Under the pieces are notes generated by a model. The model worked only from the letters and a program-made list of their open reading frames with translations. It made no database searches and was not told the DNA's origin. This document shows positions 8,685-15,369 of a stretch of 41,112 nt of DNA, piece by piece. Where the stretch lies: positions 1 to 41,112 of the forward strand of contig CAYODU010000003.1 of assembly GCA_964402905.1 (NCBI GenBank), in the 5' to 3' direction. A program made the translations under genes and the position numbers. The stretch is from an uncultured archaeon. Lineage in GTDB: Archaea > Iainarchaeota > Iainarchaeia > Iainarchaeales > JAAZKV01. Within the stretch, counting starts at the first letter, position 1, and each line of letters opens with the position of its first letter.

Positions 8685-10166
8685 ATGCTCCAACACGCAT
8701 ATCTCACAAAGGTTAGTTTCAACCCAGATAAAAAAGAGATTTTGGTGGAGTTTAGTAATAAAGAAACACGGATAGTAAAGCGCTATCCCTTTTTTCCTTT
8801 TTTTGTCCTTCCAAAAGAAATGGGAAAAGAAAAAATAACTGAGTTGTTGCTCGGTTTGGGTTTCAAAAAATTCAGTGTTACTGAGGATGAGAATCTTCAT
8901 ATCTCTGCAGCACACTTTTTTGAATTAAAACAAATGGCTTTTGCTATTGCAAAAGCAACAGATAAAATGCCAGTTGTTGTTGAACCCGAACGTGCATTTT
9001 TAATACAACAAAAATGGACTTATTTTGATTCTTTTTCTTTCGAAAATAATGTTCTAGAAAAAATTTCATCTGAAAAAGAGATTGGTTTTTTCATCACCCC
9101 TGAAATACCATTCAATGAGGCCCTGAGTTTAAATGAAGAAGAAACATTGTTTCTTGTAAAGCAAAGCGCTTTTTCTTCCTTGCTTTTGCTTCCACTAAAC
9201 AAAGTTCCTTCTTCTCCTCAGGAAAAAACAGAAGTTTTTCTTGAAAACATTTTTTTCAAAAAGGGTTTTACTGTTTCTTGGAAAAAAAGTGATTCTCTTT
9301 TTAATCCAAAGCAGTTTGCGCCCACTTGTTCTTTTGATTCTTTTTCAACAATAGATTTTTCTCTTGTGTGGGTACAATTACTTTCAAAAAACTTTTTTAA
9401 TATTGGGCACGATACTCTTAATTGTGATTGTTGTAAACCAATAAAGTTAAATGATAAAAATGTATTGCCTTCTTCACGGATAGAAATTGTTTTTAATGAA
9501 GATTATTTTTTTTATGAATCCTCTTCAGATGCTTTTGCACTTAATTTTCATAAAGAAAATGATTTGAAGGAAAAACGTCTTGAAAAAAAGAAAGAGTTTT
9601 TCATGAAGATGTATCCAGTTGGGCCTTTTTTTAGTGGTCAAAAAGAAAAAGTTCCCCTAAGTGATGCAAAAATGCTTTTGGATACTGGGAAGGTTTCACT
9701 TGAAAAAAATCATTTGTTACAATGGTTTTGTACAAAAAAAGAAAGTTTTCTCTCTGAGGAAATAAGGCAAATAAATACAATGCTTTTTAATTCAAAACAA
9801 ATTATTGAATCTGTTCCAGAGCTTTTTTTATCCACAAAAAAGGTTGGTGCCTATTATACTTTTTTCTTTTCAACAGCCCTGAGTGAAATTGCTTCAGAAA
9901 TACCTTTTCAGTTAACAAATAACTTTTCTCGTTTTTCTTCTTATGGAATCGCTAAAGCGATTTTGTCTATACAAGAAGAAACGCTTTTTCAGTTCAAGAA
10001 GTTTTCTGAGAAAAAAGGTTATAGAATATTGTTCTCTGATAGAAAAAATGTTTTTGTTAAAGGCTTTTCTTCGCTTGCTTTGGCCAAGGGTTTTTCAAAA
10101 GAGCTTTCTCTCCCACAACCAATAATAAAGGGATTTGCAAAGAAAACAAGGGTTCTTGTACAATAA
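8685..10166 (+). CDS. truncated, probably catalytically inactive family-B DNA polymerase homologue
   Basis: 493 aa. The N-terminus (YLTKVSFNPDKKEILVEF..RYPFFPFFVL) resembles the PolB N-terminal domain. FSTIDFSLVWVQLLSKNFFNIGHDTLNCDCCK resembles the motif A region (DFxSLYPSII..HNxSPDTLN..C). RQINTMLFNSKQ resembles a degenerate motif B (KxxxNSxYG). KGYRILFSDRKNVFVKG aligns with motif C, with DTD replaced by SDRKN. I saw no Exo I-III motifs and no thumb-length C-terminus. Confidence 0.6.
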   Translation: MLQHAYLTKVSFNPDKKEILVEFSNKETRIVKRYPFFPFFVLPKEMGKEKITELLLGLGFKKFSVTEDENLHISAAHFFELKQMAFAIAKATDKMPVVVEPERAFLIQQKWTYFDSFSFENNVLEKISSEKEIGFFITPEIPFNEALSLNEEETLFLVKQSAFSSLLLLPLNKVPSSPQEKTEVFLENIFFKKGFTVSWKKSDSLFNPKQFAPTCSFDSFSTIDFSLVWVQLLSKNFFNIGHDTLNCDCCKPIKLNDKNVLPSSRIEIVFNEDYFFYESSSDAFALNFHKENDLKEKRLEKKKEFFMKMYPVGPFFSGQKEKVPLSDAKMLLDTGKVSLEKNHLLQWFCTKKESFLSEEIRQINTMLFNSKQIIESVPELFLSTKKVGAYYTFFFSTALSEIASEIPFQLTNNFSRFSSYGIAKAILSIQEETLFQFKKFSEKKGYRILFSDRKNVFVKGFSSLALAKGFSKELSLPQPIIKGFAKKTRVLVQ

Positions 10167-10276
10167 TATAAACAAAAAATATGACAAACAATTATGTATA
10201 AGACATTCTTTGTTTTTGTTGCGTTAAGGCTACTTTTTTAAAGCTTCTTATTGAATTATTTCTTATTGGTGAGCAA

Positions 10277-10483
10277 ATGTCAAAACTAACTAGATTTGAA
10301 TTAACTCGTGTTTTAAGTGCAAGGGCACTGCAGTTGTCTCTTGGGGCACCGCCACTAGTAAAAGGCACTAAGGATCTTTCAATGCTTGGGGCTGCAGAAA
10401 AAGAGTACTTGGGAAAAGTTTTGCCTATGAGTGTTCTTAGAAAATATCCAAATGGAAAATTAGTGAGAGTAGAATTAGCTTAG
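10277..10483 (+). CDS. rpoK: DNA-directed RNA polymerase subunit K (Rpo6/omega-like)
   Basis: LTRFELTRVLSARALQLSLGAPPLV is the conserved RpoK/Rpb6 core. A GGTGAG SD-like element precedes the ATG. Confidence 0.9.
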   Translation: MSKLTRFELTRVLSARALQLSLGAPPLVKGTKDLSMLGAAEKEYLGKVLPMSVLRKYPNGKLVRVELA

Positions 10484-10491
10484 GTGTATTA

Positions 10492-10695
10492 ATGGGTAAA
10501 TCAGTTTCTAAGGGATTAAAATACAGGGCAGAAGTTATGTTGCGAGAGTTCCCTGAAAAATTTGGAAAAGATTTTGAAAAAAATAAGTTAGCACTAAATA
10601 CTTTTGAATTAGGTTTATCAAAAACAAATAGAAATGTTGTTGCTGGATTTATAATTCGTCTTGCAAAAAGAAAAGACAAAGAAGCTACTAAGTAA
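10492..10695 (+). CDS. rps17e: 30S ribosomal protein S17e
   Basis: MGK..K..A..ML.EFPEKFGKDFEKNK...SK..RN.VAGFI..L matches the pattern I recall for archaeal S17e. Confidence 0.8.
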   Translation: MGKSVSKGLKYRAEVMLREFPEKFGKDFEKNKLALNTFELGLSKTNRNVVAGFIIRLAKRKDKEATK

Positions 10696-10721
10696 ATTCT
10701 TTTTTTAATCCTATAACTATT

Positions 10722-12770
10722 TTAATAATTACTTATCTGTTCGCTTTTTGTTGCTTCATCTAAATCCTTGTTTCTTTGTAGTAAATAAAGATTGCTTGTT
10801 GCTGCGCTTTCAAGTTCTTTTTCGTGTGTAATAACAAATATTTGTGTTACTAGTTTTGGTAAATCATCTCGTAACATAGAACTTAATCTTTGGATTGCAT
10901 TAGAATCAAGATTGTGTGTTGGCTCATCCAGTATAAGCATTGATAGTTGTTTTGTGAGCACAAGAGAAAAAGCAATTCTTATACATAGTGCAGCGGCACT
11001 TCTTTCTCCACCAGAAAGAATTCCTTCTACCCTAATCCAAGAATTATTTCTTGTTAGTACTTGTAAATCATAACCGTTTTCCACAACGCACAATCTGGCG
11101 TCTACAAAATCTTTGTATGGATAAATATTGTTCCAGATATTTGACATTGCTTCATTAATTGTTTCAAGGAGTGCTTGTCTTAGTTCTACTTGTGTAGCCA
11201 TTAGGCAATTTCCAAATACTCCAAGTTTCTTTGCAGCCAGATCAGTTCGCTTTATTTCCTCTTCCATTTCAGTAATGCTCTTTTTTATTAAACATATTTT
11301 TTCAAGTGTTTGACGATGGCTTTCTATTAGTTCCTTTGAAGATTTGGTTTTTGCCAGAGCTAATTCTTTTTTTGTTTTTAATTCAAAAAAATCTTTTCGT
11401 GCTTTGCTAAGTTTCTCAGAATCAAAACCAACTTCTTTTATTTCTTTTTCAATAATGGGTAATTGTTTTTGTATTTCTAAAAGTTGTTTTTTCTTCGCAT
11501 CTATACTCTTAGCTTGTTTTTCATCGGCTTGTAGTGAGAAAAGTTCTCTTTTTTTCTCATCAACAATTTTTCTTATTTCCTCAGTTTCTTTTTCTAATAA
11601 AGTAATTTGTTTTTTTAAGTCGTTTATTTTTTTATCAGTTTCTTTTTCTTCTTCAGTAATTTGCTTTATTTCTTTTTGAGCTTTTTCAATATAATCTTTT
11701 TTGTGTTCCTCAGTAAGCTTTTGTTTGCATTTGGGGCAATTTCCATGAAGAAAAGAAATTTCTTTTATTTCTTTTTCCAAGCTACTTTTTCTATAACTAA
11801 TTACTTTCCCTTCTTCAGAAATTACTTTGAGATTTGACTCAATTTTTTCGCACTCTTTTTCTTTTCTGTTTTGTTCTTCAACAGCCAGGGTAGTTTCTTT
11901 TTTTATTTTATCAATTTCTTTTATTATTTCTTCTAGATTAATTTTTTGATTTTCTTTAACATCTTTTTCAATATTTTCTAAAAGAGCTTTATTTGAAATA
12001 ATTTCTTCTTTTAATTTTAAATGCTTTTTTTCTTTTTGTTCAAAAAGAAGATATTCTTTTTCTTTTTCTATAATTTCTTTTCCAATGCCCAAACTTATTT
12101 CTTCTAATTCTTTGAGCATTTGTTCTTCTTCTTTTATCTTTGCAACTATTTTTTCTTCTTCGTGCGACTTAATATTTTCCTTTTGTCTTAATACACTCTC
12201 ATTTTTATCTTTGTTTTCCTTGTTGAACTGATTTTGTAGTGTCAAAGCGTTTTTTCTCGCATTCTCATATTTTTCAAGTTCAAGTAATTCATCAAACTTT
12301 TTTTTTCTTTCACCAGGGCTTAATTTGAGAAAAAAATCTATTTCATTTTGTTCTGCATAAACAGCTCGACTAAATAATTCGTAACTTAACCCAAGTATCA
12401 ATTCAATTTTTTCGTTAACATCTTTTTGTTTTGGCCCCGCTATTAATCTGTTTTCTTTGTAGAGTTTTGCTTCGTTTGTTGAATCAGCATTTATTATTCT
12501 TTCTACGCGATACTTGTCTTCTCCGTGACTAAAAAAAAGTGTTGTCTCTGCTTTTGAACAAGGATTAGGTTTATTCATTATTATTTCGTTTAAAGTAACT
12601 TGCTTACTTTTTAATTGGGGGAAAGTGCCAAATAAGGAGTAGCTAATTGCATTAACTATGGAGCTTTTTCCAGAACCCATTACTCCAACAATAACATTAG
12701 TTCCTTTACCAAAAGTAAAAGTGCTTTCGTGGTGTGTCCGCCAGTTTTTGATTTCCAGTGACTCAATCAT
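10722..12770 (-). CDS. rad50: Rad50 DSB-repair ATPase (SMC-like, with zinc hook)
   Basis: N-terminus MIESLEIKNWRTH, Walker A GVMGSGKSS, long Glu/Lys coiled coils, central CPKC zinc hook, signature LSGGERSAAAL and Walker B MLILDEPTHNLD. The start is set at ATG 12770 rather than the track start 12794. Confidence 0.9.
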   Translation of the reverse strand: MIESLEIKNWRTHHESTFTFGKGTNVIVGVMGSGKSSIVNAISYSLFGTFPQLKSKQVTLNEIIMNKPNPCSKAETTLFFSHGEDKYRVERIINADSTNEAKLYKENRLIAGPKQKDVNEKIELILGLSYELFSRAVYAEQNEIDFFLKLSPGERKKKFDELLELEKYENARKNALTLQNQFNKENKDKNESVLRQKENIKSHEEEKIVAKIKEEEQMLKELEEISLGIGKEIIEKEKEYLLFEQKEKKHLKLKEEIISNKALLENIEKDVKENQKINLEEIIKEIDKIKKETTLAVEEQNRKEKECEKIESNLKVISEEGKVISYRKSSLEKEIKEISFLHGNCPKCKQKLTEEHKKDYIEKAQKEIKQITEEEKETDKKINDLKKQITLLEKETEEIRKIVDEKKRELFSLQADEKQAKSIDAKKKQLLEIQKQLPIIEKEIKEVGFDSEKLSKARKDFFELKTKKELALAKTKSSKELIESHRQTLEKICLIKKSITEMEEEIKRTDLAAKKLGVFGNCLMATQVELRQALLETINEAMSNIWNNIYPYKDFVDARLCVVENGYDLQVLTRNNSWIRVEGILSGGERSAAALCIRIAFSLVLTKQLSMLILDEPTHNLDSNAIQRLSSMLRDDLPKLVTQIFVITHEKELESAATSNLYLLQRNKDLDEATKSEQISNY

Positions 12771-12814
12771 TAATATGCCTTGATTGAAAAACAATAAAAA
12801 GAGTGTGAGGGGGG

Positions 12815-12824
12815 CGTGCCGAAC
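12815..12824 (-). promoter_or_regulatory. GTTCGGCACG box upstream of rad50
   Basis: The minus strand reads GTTCGGCACGCCCCCCTCACACTCTTTTTATTG....ATG. The box is followed after 14 nt by a TATA-like TTTTTATTG about 25-30 nt before the rad50 ATG. Confidence 0.55.
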
Positions 12825-12861
12825 AAAAAATAAGGTTGATTTTGTTTTTTATTAAAAGAAT

Positions 12862-13128
12862 TTATGAAATAAGTGTAACGCCGTCTAGTTCAACTTGATT
12901 TATTCCATCTATTTTTGAGACAGCTTCTTCTAATCTAGGCATTACTCCATCAGTTTTATCCGGTACAATATAACCTACTCTTATTACTTCTATACCAAAG
13001 CCAATAGGTTCTCTTTTTAGGTCTTGAAATTTAGTATCTGCTAAATCTAGTTCTCTCAAAGACTTTTCTACTTTGTCTAGATTCTCAGGATCAGAAAATA
13101 CTTTGAATATAACCATAGCTTTTCCCAT
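12862..13128 (-). CDS. ef1b: translation elongation factor aEF-1 beta
   Basis: 88 aa. KVFSDPENLDKVEKSL..EPIGFGIEVI..D..G....LEEAVSKIDGINQVE fits archaeal EF-1beta. Confidence 0.85.
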   Translation of the reverse strand: MGKAMVIFKVFSDPENLDKVEKSLRELDLADTKFQDLKREPIGFGIEVIRVGYIVPDKTDGVMPRLEEAVSKIDGINQVELDGVTLIS

Positions 13129-13138
13129 TTCTAATCAC

Positions 13139-13294
13139 TTAAGGGCCTTCAAAACCGCATTCTGGGCAAATATATGGTTTTGCTGCTTCTCTGCAGTTCT
13201 GGCATCGAATTATTTCAGATTTTCCACAAGAGGGACATTTGAATTCGGTTTTTTGATTTGTAACGATCTTATTACAAGTAGTACATATCTTCAT
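13139..13294 (-). CDS. small Zn-ribbon protein (COG2888-like, usually next to aEF-1beta); not in the ORF track
   Basis: My translation is MKICTTCNKIVTNQKTEFKCPSCGKSEIIRCQNCREAAKPYICPECGFEGP*, with four CxxC pairs. It lies directly upstream of ef1b on the same strand. Confidence 0.75.
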   Translation of the reverse strand: MKICTTCNKIVTNQKTEFKCPSCGKSEIIRCQNCREAAKPYICPECGFEGP

Positions 13295-13470
13295 TTTCTC
13301 ACCAATAATCTTTCAATAAAAGCTTGTCTAAAAAGGTTTTTTGCTTTTCTCACCAATGCTTTTAATATCTATTATCTAACAATTTTCTAAGAAGTAAGCT
13401 TTATAAAAGAAAGCTTTAAGCCCGAAAAAAAGTGTTTTTCTAAAGAATAAGCTTTTGTTTCGGATTATTT

Positions 13471-13542
13471 GGGCCCGTGTGGCAATGGATAACCGGCGAG
13501 ACTTCGGATCTCGAGATGAGGGTTCGATTCCCTCCGGGCCCG
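13471..13542 (+). tRNA. tRNA-Arg (anticodon TCG)
   Basis: Acceptor stem GGGCCCG/CGGGCCC, anticodon arm CGAGA-CTTCGGA-TCTCG, T arm GAGGG-TTCGATT-CCCTC. No CCA is encoded, and a T-run follows. Confidence 0.85.
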
Positions 13543-13552
13543 CTTTTTTAAT

Positions 13553-13864
13553 TCACTTTTTTTTAGGTTTTCCCCTAGAACTTTTTCTCGCAAAGGTTCC
13601 GTGTTTTGGATCCCATCTTTTCATTGCAGTTAAAGCTTTATCCACGCTTTGGTATCTTTTTGTTCTAGGTTCTCCAGTGCCATAACCACCATCAGCACTA
13701 ATTAGTCGTGCTTTAAAACCGGGTTTTTCTCTGCCCTTTCGAATTTTTATTCCTCTTCTTGTAACAGCCATTTCCCTTGTTTTATTTACTGGAACGCCTC
13801 TTGCGCGCGCAATTTTTTTTTGTAATCTTTTTATTCCGCCTGTTCTTCCACCGTATCTTGGCAT
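13553..13864 (-). CDS. highly basic hypothetical protein (103 aa, Arg/Lys/Gly-rich)
   Basis: ORF MPRYGGRTGGIKRLQKKIARARG...KSSRGKPKKK. The composition suggests nucleic-acid binding. I matched it to no known ribosomal protein. Confidence 0.5.
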   Translation of the reverse strand: MPRYGGRTGGIKRLQKKIARARGVPVNKTREMAVTRRGIKIRKGREKPGFKARLISADGGYGTGEPRTKRYQSVDKALTAMKRWDPKHGTFARKSSRGKPKKK

Positions 13865-13937
13865 TTAATCACCTTCAAATTATATGTTTTCTATATTTAT
13901 TAATCTTTTTACAAAAGACTCACAAATTCTTTATGTT

Positions 13938-15329
13938 TCATTCAAACACTTCTTTTCCTTCTAGGTAACTTGTGAACCATTTAGCGAATTCTCCGCGGTA
14001 ATTCCATAAAAGTCTTTTTTCTCCAAGAACAACTCCTTCAAGTAAACTTGTTTTGAGGGGTTGTTTTTCTTCTATTCCTTTTTCTTTTATAAAATCATGG
14101 AGAACTTGGCTTGCGCTTGTTTTTTGTCTCTCAATTTCGATTACAATTCTGTTTCCTTCTATTCTTGGTCCGCTGATAACTATTCTTTTTTTATTCAAAA
14201 ACTTTTTTGTATTTTCTGTATCCTCAGCTTTTGGTCCAATAATTTTCTTTGATTTTTGTAGTGAAAGTGATTCTAGTTCAAAAATAAAGTAAACATCTTT
14301 TTCGTTGCTCCAAAGAGTTTCGCGTAACACAACAAAATCATTTTCTTTTAGATTTACAGAAATCTGTTTTAGTATTCGTCTTAGTTGTCCCCAAACAAGG
14401 TCGGATAGAATTTCTTTTGGAAAATTCATTTTGAATGCAATCAATTCTTTTTTTGAAAGCATTTCTTCAATCAGTTTTTTTGGCCAAGCATTTTTTTTCT
14501 CTTGGAAAAAGAATCTTTCGCTTGGCTTTTCTAAAAATAATTTGCTTGCGAAAACCATTCTCTCAAATTGTTCTCTTGATAATGCTGATGCGACATTTCT
14601 GTTTGGGTCTACGGGGTCAATTATTGTTAGTGGTGAATCAAATGCTGTGCTTTTTTTATTGCTAATTTTTATTTTTGTTTTATATTTCCATTTCGAAATT
14701 GCTTTTAGTGCTCCCTCAATATTTTTGTAGTGAACTATCAGTAATTCTACTCCGTATCCCGGAAGAGCACAATTTTTCAAATCTGCACCATATGCATTTA
14801 TTCCTTTCAAAAATTGTTTTAGTAATCTTGCATCTCCTCTTTGTTTTTTACTCATTTTTTTTAAAAGAAATCTGTTGTGAAAAGGTGTTCTGTCCACAGC
14901 ACTCTTTTTTTCAGAGCCATTTTTTACAATGTAACCTGGAACTATTTCAACATCGAATCCCTTAATATTCCCGCGGAGGTAGGGGTGTTGTGAATAAGCT
15001 TTTTCCCATTCGTGTCCCTTGAATATAATTTCTCCGATTCTTAGTCCTTCAAATTCAAGTTCTTTTTCGCTTAGTTCTTTGTCAAACATCAAAAACAAGT
15101 CAAGGTCTCTATCACCCCGAAGATGTGTTCCTCTTGCACTGCTCCCACACCATTCTAAATGCGAGTGTTTTCCTTCTGTTGCTAAAACCTTTTTTTGTAT
15201 TTCTAAAACAATTTTTTTTTCTTCTTCAATTTCGTTTTGTGTTGGGGTTATGCGTGCAAGAACATTTTTATAAATCTCTTTTCTTTTATTTGCAATATTA
15301 TTTTTTGGCTTTCTTTTTCTTTTATGCAT
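13938..15329 (-). CDS. cca: CCA-adding enzyme (archaeal class I tRNA nucleotidyltransferase)
   Basis: GSSARGTHLRGDRDLDLFLMF is the class I nucleotidyltransferase signature. The size is about 460 aa. Confidence 0.85.
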   Translation of the reverse strand: MHKRKRKPKNNIANKRKEIYKNVLARITPTQNEIEEEKKIVLEIQKKVLATEGKHSHLEWCGSSARGTHLRGDRDLDLFLMFDKELSEKELEFEGLRIGEIIFKGHEWEKAYSQHPYLRGNIKGFDVEIVPGYIVKNGSEKKSAVDRTPFHNRFLLKKMSKKQRGDARLLKQFLKGINAYGADLKNCALPGYGVELLIVHYKNIEGALKAISKWKYKTKIKISNKKSTAFDSPLTIIDPVDPNRNVASALSREQFERMVFASKLFLEKPSERFFFQEKKNAWPKKLIEEMLSKKELIAFKMNFPKEILSDLVWGQLRRILKQISVNLKENDFVVLRETLWSNEKDVYFIFELESLSLQKSKKIIGPKAEDTENTKKFLNKKRIVISGPRIEGNRIVIEIERQKTSASQVLHDFIKEKGIEEKQPLKTSLLEGVVLGEKRLLWNYRGEFAKWFTSYLEGKEVFE

Positions 15330-15369
15330 AATAAGCTTATTATACTACTTTTTATATAAATGATGTTGT

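Noticed and set aside
10792-11679. Several 60-111 aa plus-strand ORFs inside rad50 (10792..11073, 11128..11313, 11344..11679).
   Set aside because: They are antisense to the Lys/Glu-rich coiled-coil coding region. Their Phe/Ser-rich, low-complexity translations are typical of reverse-frame artefacts in AT-rich DNA.
13471-13542. The tRNA-Arg lacks an encoded 3' CCA and sits next to the cca gene.
   Set aside because: Absence of genomic CCA is normal for most archaeal tRNA genes, and proximity to cca is most likely coincidental.
14053-15331. A stack of plus-strand ORFs (14053..14292, 14305..14730, 14675..14965, 15019..15273 and others) over the cca gene.
   Set aside because: All are antisense or alternative frames of a well-supported CCA-adding enzyme gene, with low-complexity F/L/S-rich products.
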